NCBI GenBank assembly: GCA_021787535.1
Contig: JAJYLR010000001.1
Location: 147,648-211,647, forward strand
Direction of reading: 5' to 3'
Origin: a bacterium
GTDB taxonomy: Bacteria > Patescibacteriota > CPR2 > UBA1875 > JAJYID01
Length of the DNA stretch: 64,000 bases
The first letter of the stretch is position 1. The number at the start of each line of letters is the position of its first letter. Shown here piece after piece: positions 20,892 to 31,012 of the stretch. The notes below the pieces were generated by a model. The model was not told the DNA's origin. It was given only the letters and a program-made list of their open reading frames with translations, and ran no database searches. Both the position numbers and the translations under genes were made by a program.

Positions 20892-20977
20892 ACACCTTGC
20901 AAAGGAGAGCTATATAAAAGAGGTGTATTGGTAGCCCCAACCTCCTTTATAACGCTAATACCTTTTGGTCGCTTCAT

Positions 20978-21496
20978 TTAGGAACTTTGCATGCCGTGAT
21001 AGCCGTGTTGAAAGCCAAGCTTCAACATGACAGCTTTGGCGGCCGTCCTGGCTGGTCCCCGACACCACCATTGGATAGAGTTCTTATCGAACCCGATCTC
21101 TCTCAGTTTCATCTCTGGAGAGATGACAGTAAAGCCGTCCGCCCTGATCATTTTACTGACCATGGGAAGTTGCAGAAATGGCTGGGCAACCGGGACGACC
21201 TCGGTGATACCGTTTGGAATGAACAATTGGTCTCGGACAATCGGCCAAACTTCCTTTGAACCCAGGTAACTCCCATCTTCTGGTAATTCCACAACTAGAT
21301 CAGATGTCAGACCTACCCACTTGAGGGCAAGATCTACTTCCCATTGATTCCCGAATAGGAATTCAGTGTCAGGATTCTCTTCAGCAATCAATTTAATCCT
21401 GTAAGCTATTCGCTGATTACATGGGTTAGGTTCACTGGGCTCCAATGCAAATGAAAACCCGATAATACCTATCTTCTTCAGCCCCTTCTCCATCAC
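20978..21496 (-). CDS. Hypothetical protein (possible remote DUF218-like fold)
   Basis: AGGAGG RBS on the minus strand; 172-aa ORF. Confidence 0.65.
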   Translation of the reverse strand: MMEKGLKKIGIIGFSFALEPSEPNPCNQRIAYRIKLIAEENPDTEFLFGNQWEVDLALKWVGLTSDLVVELPEDGSYLGSKEVWPIVRDQLFIPNGITEVVPVAQPFLQLPMVSKMIRADGFTVISPEMKLREIGFDKNSIQWWCRGPARTAAKAVMLKLGFQHGYHGMQSS

Positions 21497-21706
21497 TGCC
21501 TCCTTTCACGAAGGGTTTTTTGAATGAGCACCTGCTAGATTCAAATGTGCAGGATGTTCATTATAACTGTTTTAAACCAATTTGTCAATCATTTAAGCAT
21601 AAAAACATTGACTGAACGGCATAAAGGTGATAAGATATGATATTCGGTATTACCGTGCCAACTTAAAAATTAAATATTATTAGAGCACCACTTCCTGAAA
21701 GGAGGA

Positions 21707-22828
21707 GTGATGAAGGGCTTTCTTAAAAAGCTAGTGAGCCGTAAGGCAAAACTAGTGTATGTTAACTCATTTGCTGTTTATCGTTTCGCCGTCTCAGGGA
21801 TAATAGTTGCGGCGTGGTATTCAGGTGAATGGAATTGGGCTGTAGGACTGCTGTTGTCCGGAGTGCTGAGCGATTATATAGATGGATTCTTGGCACGTCT
21901 CTGGAAAGTGACCACGAAGTTCGGTTTTTGGTTTGACATGTTAAGCGATCGTTTCCTTCTCATGTCACCATTTATAGCCGAAACACTTCGCGGGAGATTA
22001 CCTTGGTATATTTTACCAGGTCTTGTCGTTTTGATAATCGTGACAGACATTTTGGCGATAAGCTCAAAAAATGTCAGGGCTCCTCAGGCGATTTACTGGT
22101 TTTCTTTGTTTGCCACTGTCTATGTACTGCTGACAACGGAGACTTCCTTCATCTATACATTACCTTGGCTTGTTTTGTGGGGTTTGATGTCGATGATCCC
22201 TGCCTGCGAACCCGCAAAAAGGAAGGAAGGCGCTCAAGCAGTAGAGGAAATACTGGGAGTCATTCCGGAGAAGTATCGTAACCAAATTCCAAACATGATG
22301 AGTTGGTTTCGGATCATTATTGCTCTTCCATGTTATTTGCTGGTAATGGGTGATCACTGGATCACGGCAAATATAGTTGTAACACTGGCATGGATAAGCG
22401 ATATGTATGACGGTGAGGTAGCAAGATACTTAGGTATAGCAAATCCCAAAAACCCAATAGATGTTGTGGGTGATGGAGTATTTGTAGCACCCCTGGTTTT
22501 TGCTCTTGCCAGAAAGGGTTTAATATCGTGGGGGCTTGTTGCTCTGGTTGTCGTTTTGTGGCTTGCTGCGATGATTATTCCTGAATACACAAAGGGGATT
22601 ATCAAGCAGATATTCATCCGAATATTGCCACTGATGTACATCATCTCAGCAACATATATTAGTTACACCTTTCTTAATCAGGTGGTTCCAACCGTATACT
22701 CCTTAATTATCATTGTTATGGCCGGAGCTATTGCAACAATACTGAAAAGAGAGAGGTTATATCAACTCATATGGCAGGGCAAACGCGCTCAGTACATTGA
22801 CCTGCCCGGTAACAAAAGAACTAATTAA
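21707..22828 (+). CDS. Tandem two-domain CDP-alcohol phosphatidyltransferase
   Basis: SDYIDGFLAR..G...DMLSD and SDMYDGEVAR...DVVGD; many TMs; TTGACT-17-TAAGAT promoter and AGGAGG RBS. Confidence 0.8.
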   Translation: MMKGFLKKLVSRKAKLVYVNSFAVYRFAVSGIIVAAWYSGEWNWAVGLLLSGVLSDYIDGFLARLWKVTTKFGFWFDMLSDRFLLMSPFIAETLRGRLPWYILPGLVVLIIVTDILAISSKNVRAPQAIYWFSLFATVYVLLTTETSFIYTLPWLVLWGLMSMIPACEPAKRKEGAQAVEEILGVIPEKYRNQIPNMMSWFRIIIALPCYLLVMGDHWITANIVVTLAWISDMYDGEVARYLGIANPKNPIDVVGDGVFVAPLVFALARKGLISWGLVALVVVLWLAAMIIPEYTKGIIKQIFIRILPLMYIISATYISYTFLNQVVPTVYSLIIIVMAGAIATILKRERLYQLIWQGKRAQYIDLPGNKRTN

Positions 22829-22942
22829 CTGCCCGCTAAAACGTTTCGGAAAAGATTCGGCTCGCATTAGCGGGTCTTTTCTTTTGGCTAAATTACTTTT
22901 ATGAAAGGGCAATCTGTGCTAGAATTTGATTAATTTTTATTG

Positions 22943-23033
22943 TGTCATCTCGAGCGAAGTCGAGGGATCCCTTAAATACAGAAAGAAAGGGATTTCTCCG
23001 CTTATCACTAGCGTGATGTCGGTCGAAATGACA
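22943..23033. repeat. REP-like inverted doublet
   Basis: TGTCATCTCGAGCGAAGTCGAGGGATCCC ... GGGATTTCTCCG..CGGTCGAAATGACA. Confidence 0.8.
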
Positions 23034-23044
23034 AAGAAGGCAAA

Positions 23045-25957
23045 ATGAGTAACAAATATGATCATAAAAAAATAGAATCCAAGTGGCGCGATATTTGGGA
23101 GAAAGCCGGTCTTAACCGGACTGATTTAAAGTCAGTCAAACCCAAACACTACAATCTCGTCATGTTTCCGTATCCGAGCGCTGAGTATATCCATCTCGGC
23201 CATATTTACTCTTACTCCGGAGCTGATGTTTATGGGCGATACCAGAGATTGAAAGGCAAAAATGTCTTTGAGCCGATCGGTTTTGATTCATTTGGCCTGC
23301 CGGCTGAAAACTTTGCTATAAAAAAAGGCATTCATCCGGAAAAGGTGATTGATCATGCAATCGATCAATCTACGAGACAGCTGAAAGAAGCCGGCTTTAT
23401 GTTCGACTGGTTCCGGGAAGTGATCACTTCAAAGCCGGATTACTACAAATGGACTCAGTTGCTTTTCTTAAAACTATATGATCAAGGGTTGGCATATCGG
23501 AAAGAAGCGCCGGTGAATTGGTGCCCGAGCTGCAAGACGGTTTTGGCAAATGAACAGGTGAAAGATGGTTTGTGCGACCGTTGTGACACTGAGGTTGTAC
23601 AAAAGGAAATGAAGCAATGGTTTTTCAAAGTAACCGATTACGCCGAGAGATTGATAAAAGACTTGGACAAAGTTGACTGGCCTGAATCGTCGAAAATTAA
23701 ACAAAGGAACTGGATCGGCAGAAGTGAGGGTGTGGAGATGGATATGCAGATTACAGACTCTAAAGAAAAGTTTTCGGTATTTACCACTCGCATTGATACG
23801 GTTTACGGCATGACATATGTGGTGCTGGCACCGGAACATCCATTAGTTAATAAAATCACGACTGACAAACAGAAGAAAGAAGTTGAAAAGTACAAGATTC
23901 AGGCGCAGAAACAGACAGAGATCGAGAGGCAGTCGCTCGAAAAGGATAAAACAGGGGTATTTACAGGATCGTATGCTATAAATCCGTTTACCGGTGAGAA
24001 GGTGCCCATTTGGATAGCTGATTATGTACTTTTTGGTTATGGAACCGGTGCTGTGATGGCGGTACCGGCTCACGATGAGCGCGACTTCGAATTTGCCAAA
24101 AAGTACAAGCTTCCTATTATCCAGTCTATTGCGCCTCATAGTGTGGATACAAAAAATCCTCCGAGAAAAGGTAAAACAGATACTAGAAGAAAAGTAGTAC
24201 ATGTGATTTTGGAAAATGATAAGGGCGAGGTACTTACTTTAAATCTCAAGGGTCAGGAATGGGGTGATAATAAGCCCAAAACACTCATCATCGGCGGTAT
24301 AGAAGATAGGGAATCTCCGGAAGAAGCCGCCATGCGGGAGATCGAGGAAGAAACCGGTTACACAGATGTCCAGATTTCAGAGGTTTACCCGATTGAATTT
24401 CATGCTGAGTTTTTTGCCGCCCATAAAGATGTTAATCGTTATGTAGAAACAGTGGGTGTTTTCTGTCAACTGAAGTCTGAGAAAAAAGTTCCTGTCAGTG
24501 AAAATGAAAAGAAGCTGCATGAAATTATCTGGGTTAAGAAAAAAAATCTTCTTTCTTCCGTAACCATCCCTGACGATATTTTTCTAGCGAAAGCTTATGT
24601 AGAAAAAATTGGCAGCTACACTGAATATGGTGTACTTATCAATTCTGGCAAGTTCACCGGCCTTATCTACGAAGAAGCTAAAAAGAAAATGGCTGATTGG
24701 CTGGAGAAGAAAGGCATTGGCTCTCGCAAAATTAATTACCGTCTTCATGATTGGTCTATTGGACGACAAAGATACTGGGGAGCGCCGATACCGATCATTC
24801 ATTGCGACAAATGCGGGGTAGTGCCGGTTCCGGAGAAAGATTTGCCGGTTAAACTGCCGGAAAATATCAAAGATTTCCGGCCGAAAGGGACGGGGAAAGG
24901 TCCTTTGGCTAGCGTATCTGAATTTGTAAACGTAAAATGTCCAAGATGCGGAGGTAAAGCAGAGCGAGAAACTGATACCATGGATACTTTTGTCGACTCC
25001 AGCTTTTATTTCCTTCGTTATCCGAGTACGGGGGATGATACTCAAATGATGGAGCCAAAGGTTACCAAAAAATGGCTGCCTGTTGATATGTATGTCGGTG
25101 GTGCTGAACATGTAACCATGCATTTGCTTTATGCCAGATTTATCACGAAGGCCTTACATGATGCCAAACTGATTACTTTTGATGAGCCATTTATGAAGCT
25201 TCGCCATCAGGGATATATTTTGGGTCCGGATGGTAAAAAGATGTCTAAGTCAAAGGGCAATGTTGTTAATCCGGACGGCGTTGTCAAAGAGCATGGAGCG
25301 GACGCTTTCAGAACCTACATACTCTTTATGGCTCGGTTTGAAGACGGCGGTCCGTGGAACCCCAAAGGTTTAGTCGGTGTCAGCCGATTTCTGGAAAAGA
25401 TTTGGAGAATTGGAATTGGGTTGGATTCCCGTCTGCACGGGAATGACAATAAGGGTAATTGGCCGGACGTGTCTAGCACAGAGGTGCAGGCAAAACTTGC
25501 CAGAACTATCAAAAAGGTTGGGGAAGATATTGAGAGCTTTAAATTTAATACAGCCGTAGCTTCGCTTATGACGCTTATGAATGGCATCTCAGTTGAGAAA
25601 AGACCAGATGAAGATTGGATTAGTAAAGGAGACTTTGAAAAACTTCTGATTATTCTTGCGCCGTTTGCGCCATTTATAACCGAAGAACTTTGGGAAAAGC
25701 TTGGTAACAAGGATAGTATTCATGTAGAGAAGTGGCCGGCTTATGATGAAAAACTGATCCAGGAAGAGGCGGTGACAATCGCTGTACAGGTTAACGGCAA
25801 AGTCCGCGATCAGCTGGTTGTGAATGTCGATAGTGCAAAAGACGAAGTTTTTGAACTGGCAAAGGCAAGTGAGAAGGTGCAGAAGTATTTGTTAGATAAA
25901 GAGGTTAAAAAGGTTATCTATATCGAAGGTAAGCTACTTAGTCTTGTCGTGAACTAG
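23045..25957 (+). CDS. leuS: Leucine--tRNA ligase with NUDIX domain insertion
   Basis: MFPYPS, HLGH, KMSKS, CP1 motif GTGAVMAVPAHDERD; NUDIX box GGIEDRESPEEAAMREIEEETG. Confidence 0.96.
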   Translation: MSNKYDHKKIESKWRDIWEKAGLNRTDLKSVKPKHYNLVMFPYPSAEYIHLGHIYSYSGADVYGRYQRLKGKNVFEPIGFDSFGLPAENFAIKKGIHPEKVIDHAIDQSTRQLKEAGFMFDWFREVITSKPDYYKWTQLLFLKLYDQGLAYRKEAPVNWCPSCKTVLANEQVKDGLCDRCDTEVVQKEMKQWFFKVTDYAERLIKDLDKVDWPESSKIKQRNWIGRSEGVEMDMQITDSKEKFSVFTTRIDTVYGMTYVVLAPEHPLVNKITTDKQKKEVEKYKIQAQKQTEIERQSLEKDKTGVFTGSYAINPFTGEKVPIWIADYVLFGYGTGAVMAVPAHDERDFEFAKKYKLPIIQSIAPHSVDTKNPPRKGKTDTRRKVVHVILENDKGEVLTLNLKGQEWGDNKPKTLIIGGIEDRESPEEAAMREIEEETGYTDVQISEVYPIEFHAEFFAAHKDVNRYVETVGVFCQLKSEKKVPVSENEKKLHEIIWVKKKNLLSSVTIPDDIFLAKAYVEKIGSYTEYGVLINSGKFTGLIYEEAKKKMADWLEKKGIGSRKINYRLHDWSIGRQRYWGAPIPIIHCDKCGVVPVPEKDLPVKLPENIKDFRPKGTGKGPLASVSEFVNVKCPRCGGKAERETDTMDTFVDSSFYFLRYPSTGDDTQMMEPKVTKKWLPVDMYVGGAEHVTMHLLYARFITKALHDAKLITFDEPFMKLRHQGYILGPDGKKMSKSKGNVVNPDGVVKEHGADAFRTYILFMARFEDGGPWNPKGLVGVSRFLEKIWRIGIGLDSRLHGNDNKGNWPDVSSTEVQAKLARTIKKVGEDIESFKFNTAVASLMTLMNGISVEKRPDEDWISKGDFEKLLIILAPFAPFITEELWEKLGNKDSIHVEKWPAYDEKLIQEEAVTIAVQVNGKVRDQLVVNVDSAKDEVFELAKASEKVQKYLLDKEVKKVIYIEGKLLSLVVN
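25422..25448. repeat. REP-like palindrome in frame within leuS
   Basis: TGGATTCCCGTCTGCACGGGAATGACA encoding LDSRLHGND. Confidence 0.88.
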
Positions 25958-25992
25958 ATTTTCTGCTATAATTTCCTTTGTGTCCGCCTCAT

Positions 25993-26066
25993 TGTCATTC
26001 TCGGGCTTGACCCGGGAATCTATGAGTTAAATTTAAAAAATAGATCCTGTTTTCACAGGAATGACA
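25993..26066. repeat. REP-like inverted doublet
   Basis: TGTCATTCTCGGGCTTGACCCGGGAATCTA ... TAGATCCTGTTTTCACAGGAATGACA. Confidence 0.8.
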
Positions 26067-26084
26067 GAAAAAGTAAATTTGAAA

Positions 26085-26525
26085 ATGACCAAAAAACCTT
26101 CAGATAACATAGATAATTCGGTTTATATTAACGTTAAAGATTTTCTGATCAAAGGGCCAGTAGGCGATACGGAAACGATTCCAATTCATGAAACATTCGA
26201 AAAATCGCTCGATCCGGAAAATACGCTTAGGTCTTTCGAAGGCAGTATCAAACTGACTCTGCTTGAGGAAGAGATTTTAGCAGAGTTCAGCGTCGAATAT
26301 TTAGCAAAAACGATTTGTGTCAGATGTTTGAAAAGGTTTGATCGAGAAGGCAGTCTGGCATTTGAAAGAGTATACTTGCTTGGTAGAAGAACGGCTGCGG
26401 ACGGCGAACTGATTGTCGGCAAGGATTTCCAAATTGAAGTTGGTGGGCCGATACTCGAAGAAATTAACTTCGATATACCGATGAAACCATTATGTAAAAC
26501 AGATTGTCAAGGATTTAACAAATAA
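26085..26525 (+). CDS. yceD: YceD/DUF177 family protein
   Basis: CVRCL and PMKPLCKTDCQG; upstream of rpmF; start uncertain (the ATG at 26061 lies in a repeat). Confidence 0.85.
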   Translation: MTKKPSDNIDNSVYINVKDFLIKGPVGDTETIPIHETFEKSLDPENTLRSFEGSIKLTLLEEEILAEFSVEYLAKTICVRCLKRFDREGSLAFERVYLLGRRTAADGELIVGKDFQIEVGGPILEEINFDIPMKPLCKTDCQGFNK

Positions 26526-26556
26526 TAATTTAAAATATTTGACCTGAAAGGAAAAA

Positions 26557-26799
26557 ATGGCAGTACCAAAGAAAAAAACCTCATATAGAAGAACCAGACA
26601 AAGGAGAACTCATCATGGACTTAGTGTTCCGACACTTGTGGCGTGTGCAAAGTGCGGAGAAAAAAACTTGCCTCATAGAGCATGTGCGAACTGCGGCTTT
26701 TATGGCGGGAAGAAAGTATTGGATACCCAATCGAAACTTGCCAAGAAGCTAAAAAAGAAGGAAAATGGAGAGAAGAAACAAGATAGCAAGGAACAATGA
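26557..26799 (+). CDS. rpmF: 50S ribosomal protein L32
   Basis: MAVPKKKTS, CAKCG, HRACANCGFY. Confidence 0.96.
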   Translation: MAVPKKKTSYRRTRQRRTHHGLSVPTLVACAKCGEKNLPHRACANCGFYGGKKVLDTQSKLAKKLKKKENGEKKQDSKEQ

Positions 26800-26888
26800 C
26801 CAAACGAATTCCAATTTCCAAATTCAACACGTTTCTAATTTGAATATTGAGATTTGTTTGTATCTTGCATCTTGGTGATTGTATCTTT
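26778..26888. repeat. Heptamer-type inverted repeat overlapping the rpmF 3' end
   Basis: CAAGATAGCAAGGAACAATGACCAAACGAATTCCAATTTCCAAATT ... AATATTGAGATTTGTTTGTATCTTGCATCTTG. Confidence 0.65.
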
Positions 26889-26907
26889 TAAAACGGGAGT
26901 TTAAACA

Positions 26908-27456
26908 TTGGCATCAAACAGGCACCTATCACGAATAATCGCTCTCCAATCTCTCTTTGAGATAGCTTTTTGCGATTTTAATATGGAAGGCAAACTAAGT
27001 AAAACCGAGAAAACAAAAAAGCTTGAGAGGATCATTACAAGGAATGTCGGAGAGTTTGCTTCCGGAGAGCAAAATAAAAAGTTTGCTCTCAATATTGCCT
27101 CTGGCGTAGTAAAAAACGAGGATCAGATCGATGCCGTGATCACACCGGCTGCTCCGGAGTGGCCGATCAAGCAGATTGCTCTTGTAGATCTGACTATTTT
27201 GCGTATGGCTGTTTATGAACTGCTCTTTGCCGGAGAAGAAGTACCGCCTAAAGTTGCCATTAACGAAGCAGTTGAACTGGCAAAAGCGTTTGGCGGACCC
27301 AGATCTTCTAAGTTTGTCAACGGCGTCTTAGGCACTATTTATAGGGCAAGTGACAGGTATAATCCGGAGGATGATAAGAAGAAAGCTGGAGATGCGGGAA
27401 TTGAAGGAAATGTTGGAAATGCAAAGAAAGAGAAAAACAACAATTCCAACAAGTGA
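26908..27456 (+). CDS. nusB: Transcription antitermination factor NusB
   Basis: RHLSRIIALQSLF, VAINEAVELAKAFG, FVNGVLG. Confidence 0.95.
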   Translation: MASNRHLSRIIALQSLFEIAFCDFNMEGKLSKTEKTKKLERIITRNVGEFASGEQNKKFALNIASGVVKNEDQIDAVITPAAPEWPIKQIALVDLTILRMAVYELLFAGEEVPPKVAINEAVELAKAFGGPRSSKFVNGVLGTIYRASDRYNPEDDKKKAGDAGIEGNVGNAKKEKNNNSNK

Positions 27457-27492
27457 AACGATCCCACAATTTCAACACTATAACAATTAACA

Positions 27493-28173
27493 ATGAAAGA
27501 TTTCAAAGCATTACAGAAAAAAATCGGAACAGACTTTAAAGATGAACAACTTTTAATCACAGCATTTGTACACCGTTCATACTTAAACGAAAACTCTGAT
27601 TTCAAGGAACATAACGAACGTCTCGAATTCTTGGGAGACGCAGTCTTGGAGCTTGTGTCCACAGATTACTTGTATCAAAACTATCCGAATCCCGAAGGAG
27701 AACTCACGAGCTGGAGAAGCGCGCTGGTTAAAACTGAAACTATTTCAGATGCGGCAAAATCCCTGGGTTTTGAAGATTATCTTTTTATGTCGCGAGGTGA
27801 ATCTAAGAGTAAAGGCAGGGCGCGCCAACTCATTCTAGCCAATAGTTTCGAAGCGGTTATCGGTGCTATTTATCTCGATCAGGGCTATGATGCAGCTAAA
27901 GAATTTATTTCCAAAAACCTTTTAAAGATATTGCCGGAGATTTTGGAGAAAAAACTCTACGTCGATCCGAAAAGTCAGTTGCAAGAGTTGGCTCAAAGGA
28001 AAGAAAGCATTACTCCTAAATATGAAGTTCTGGAAGAAAGCGGTCCTGACCATGCGCGAATATTTAAAATTGGCGTATTTTTAGAAAAAAGAAAAATCGG
28101 TGAAGGCGAAGGGATGTCGAAGCAGCTAGCCCAACAAAATGCCGCCGAAAACGCTCTCAAGAGTTATAAATAA
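27493..28173 (+). CDS. rnc: Ribonuclease III
   Basis: NERLEFLGDAVL plus C-terminal dsRBD. Confidence 0.97.
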   Translation: MKDFKALQKKIGTDFKDEQLLITAFVHRSYLNENSDFKEHNERLEFLGDAVLELVSTDYLYQNYPNPEGELTSWRSALVKTETISDAAKSLGFEDYLFMSRGESKSKGRARQLILANSFEAVIGAIYLDQGYDAAKEFISKNLLKILPEILEKKLYVDPKSQLQELAQRKESITPKYEVLEESGPDHARIFKIGVFLEKRKIGEGEGMSKQLAQQNAAENALKSYK

Positions 28174-28227
28174 TTTCCGGTTTATGATCCTTGTGCTACA
28201 ATAAGTTAGTTAAGTAGGGCATAAAAA

Positions 28228-28290
28228 TGTCATCCTGAACTTAATTCAGGATCCAGATCGTATAGATTCCGGATCAAGTCCAGAATGACA
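28228..28290. repeat. REP-like inverted doublet
   Basis: TGTCATCCTGAACTTAATTCAGGATCCAG ... AGATTCCGGATCAAGTCCAGAATGACA. Confidence 0.85.
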
Positions 28291-28309
28291 AGTTAATTGT
28301 GAGGGGATT

Positions 28310-30838
28310 TTGTATTTAAAAAATATCAATGTTTCAGGTTTTAAATCTTTCGGAGGGAAGAATGTTTTGGATTTTCCCGAGGTTGGAAACGCTAAGCAGA
28401 AAAGTTTTGCCGCGGTTGTCGGACCGAATGGAAGCGGAAAAAGTAACATTGCTGACGCTATCCGTTGGGTTTTGGGCGAACAATCCTCAAAACTCTTAAG
28501 AGTGAAAAAGGGCGAGGATGTCATATTCTTCGGCAGCACCAAAAAAGGCCGCGGATCTTTTTCTGAGATTTCCATGACGCTTGATAATTCTGATAAGTCG
28601 GCTGAGATTGACTTTTCAGAAATCGAAGTAGCTCGCAGGTTGTATCGAAACGGCGACAATGACTATTTTATAAATCGCAAAAAAGTCAGATTACTCGACG
28701 TACAGGAACTGCTTGCAAAATGCGGAGTAGGAAGGTCTACTTACACAGTTATCGGTCAGGGTATGGTCGACTCTCTGCTTTTTTATGGACCGGCGGAGAG
28801 GAAGGTGCTGTTCGAGGAGGCATCCGGTGTGAAGCAGTACGAGATTAAGCGCGCCGAATCTCTTCGCAAATTGGATTCCACAGACAAAAACATTATTCGC
28901 ATCAAGGATCTTTTGTTTGAGCTAGAGCCACGCCTTCGATCGGCTGAGCGCAACTTCAAAAAATACCAGAAAAAGCAGGATATAGAGAAGGAGCTGGATG
29001 AGCTGAGCCGCAAATATTATTCCGGCGTACTTTCTCAAATTCAATCCAAGAAAGAAAAACTAGAAAAAGAACTGGCAGAATTCAAGAAGAAAGAATCCGG
29101 CTTGCAGTCAGACATTACCGTATTGGAAGCAAAAATCGCCAAAGGTCTGAAGGCCGAGGGTTCTGACAAAAAAGAAAAAGAGCTTCGGGTAAGTCTAGAA
29201 AAAATTTCAAGTCAAAAAGATGAGCTAGCCAGAAAGCTTTACCGGATACAAGTGGAAGATCAGGCGACTGAAGCGGTATTTGCCAAAGAAAAACAAGGGC
29301 TTGAAAGCGAAGAGGCAAGGATTACCCGTGAAATTGAAGGGTTGGAAGAGAAAATTACCAGGTTAAAGGGAGAGAGTAGTGAAAATCAGACTCGGCTTGA
29401 AAGCGCCAAAAAAGAACTTGCCGAGCTCGATAAAAGGATTGTCTTTTCAAACAATACCTTGGCAAGAATCCAGAGAGAAAGCCTAACTTTAACCAAGGAT
29501 GACATTCGGAAAAAGATAGAGGAGATTTATAAAAACTACTCACTAGTGGTGGCGAAAATGAATTTGGTTCAAGACTTGAAAAGTTTTGGTAAGCTGAAGC
29601 GGGAAGCGGAAGATATAGCCAATATTTTAAATACATTGATCGGTGACATTAAAAAAAGCCAGAACTCAGATACTAGTTTACTCGAAAGCAAACAAAGGGA
29701 AATAAAAGGGCTGGTTCAGAACAAGGAGAAAATACTCGGCATCGTGCAGGACTTAAGGGTCAGATCTATTTCACGGGAGGATATTTTAAAAAATTCTGAA
29801 GGCCAAGCTGAAAATTTAAAGAAAAGATTAGAAGATATTAAAGCAAAACTTGGCAGTTTGAAAGAGCCGGGCCAGAAGGATTCTAAAAATATTGAGAAGC
29901 TGAATAATGAAAAAGCAAATCTGGAGAAGGAAATATCTGAGCTCAAAGTGAAGCTGAAAGAGCTGGAAGCAAAAAGCACCTCCGGCGATTACACAAAGAT
30001 TTTGGATGACGAGAAGGCAAAAAGGCGAGACATTTCTGATCTTCAAGAAAAGATCGGCGCTATCAATATCGATCTTGCAAGAGTTGAGACGCGGGAAGAA
30101 GACTTGAAAGATGAAATTCACGAATTTCTGGGGGCAGAATTCTACAAGGGTCTGACCCTTGCAAAGGACGGACCTTTGCAAGGTGAAAATGTTGACCATC
30201 TGATGCCGAAAATCCAGCGCCTTAGAAAGGACATGTATGCGCTTGGCGAAATAGACCAGTTTGTGGGGGAAGAGTTTGAAGAGCTGGAAGCGAGGGTTGG
30301 CAGCTTGAAGGAGCAGTATGAAGATCTGGAAAAGGCAAAGAAAGATATCTTGAAAGTTATAGGAGAGTTAGACGGGCGTATCAAGACGCAGTTTAAAACT
30401 ACATTTATCCGGATTTCCGAGGAGTTTACCAAATATTTTAAGATACTTTTTGGCGGGGGCAATGCTACCTTGAATTTAGAGACAGATGAGGAGGGAAACT
30501 TCGGCGTAGAAATAACGGCCACGCCGCCGGGCAAGAAAAACCAATCTCTAAATTCGTTATCCGGCGGGGAAAGGGCTCTGACCTCGATCGCACTTCTTTT
30601 TGCCATATTATCCGTCAACCCGAGCCCGTTTTGCGTGCTTGATGAGGTGGATGCCTCGCTTGATGAAACAAATACCGAGCGATTTTTGGAAATTTTAAAA
30701 ACTCTGTCTCACAAAACCCAATTTATCGTGGTTACCCACAACCGCGAAACTATGAAGAAAGCCGATGTTATCTATGGCGTCTCCATGGACGACAACCACG
30801 TCTCGCAAGTCTACTCGCTGAAACTGATGGAGGTTTAG
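28310..30838 (+). CDS. smc: Smc-family ATPase, short (842 aa), no recognisable hinge
   Basis: GFKSF, GPNGSGKSN, LSGGE, LDEVD, VVTH; coiled coil between the head halves; follows rnc. Confidence 0.88.
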   Translation: MYLKNINVSGFKSFGGKNVLDFPEVGNAKQKSFAAVVGPNGSGKSNIADAIRWVLGEQSSKLLRVKKGEDVIFFGSTKKGRGSFSEISMTLDNSDKSAEIDFSEIEVARRLYRNGDNDYFINRKKVRLLDVQELLAKCGVGRSTYTVIGQGMVDSLLFYGPAERKVLFEEASGVKQYEIKRAESLRKLDSTDKNIIRIKDLLFELEPRLRSAERNFKKYQKKQDIEKELDELSRKYYSGVLSQIQSKKEKLEKELAEFKKKESGLQSDITVLEAKIAKGLKAEGSDKKEKELRVSLEKISSQKDELARKLYRIQVEDQATEAVFAKEKQGLESEEARITREIEGLEEKITRLKGESSENQTRLESAKKELAELDKRIVFSNNTLARIQRESLTLTKDDIRKKIEEIYKNYSLVVAKMNLVQDLKSFGKLKREAEDIANILNTLIGDIKKSQNSDTSLLESKQREIKGLVQNKEKILGIVQDLRVRSISREDILKNSEGQAENLKKRLEDIKAKLGSLKEPGQKDSKNIEKLNNEKANLEKEISELKVKLKELEAKSTSGDYTKILDDEKAKRRDISDLQEKIGAINIDLARVETREEDLKDEIHEFLGAEFYKGLTLAKDGPLQGENVDHLMPKIQRLRKDMYALGEIDQFVGEEFEELEARVGSLKEQYEDLEKAKKDILKVIGELDGRIKTQFKTTFIRISEEFTKYFKILFGGGNATLNLETDEEGNFGVEITATPPGKKNQSLNSLSGGERALTSIALLFAILSVNPSPFCVLDEVDASLDETNTERFLEILKTLSHKTQFIVVTHNRETMKKADVIYGVSMDDNHVSQVYSLKLMEV

Positions 30839-30864
30839 AGAACTTAATAAATACCAAGAAATGA

Positions 30865-30893
30865 TTGACAAAACTCATCTAATATGGTAATAT
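30865..30893 (+). promoter_or_regulatory. Putative sigma70 promoter of the helicase gene
   Basis: TTGACA-17nt-TAATAT with extended TG. Confidence 0.55.
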
Positions 30894-31012
30894 AAAAACT
30901 ATTACATTAAACGTAAAGCAACTTGAAAACGTAATACCTAACACTGTATTCCAGGATATAGTCCTGTCTTAAACTCAATATTTTCTGTTAAAGCGAGTAT
31001 GGAGGTGGGAAG

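Noticed and set aside
20750-20977. 75-aa minus ORF and possible NrdR-box-like words near 20805-20836
   Set aside because: The ORF crosses a bidirectional terminator; the box match is weak and not upstream of nrd genes.
26061-26084. ATG at 26061 as the yceD start
   Set aside because: The ATG is part of the repeat cap GAATGAC; 26085 is preferred, though unproven.
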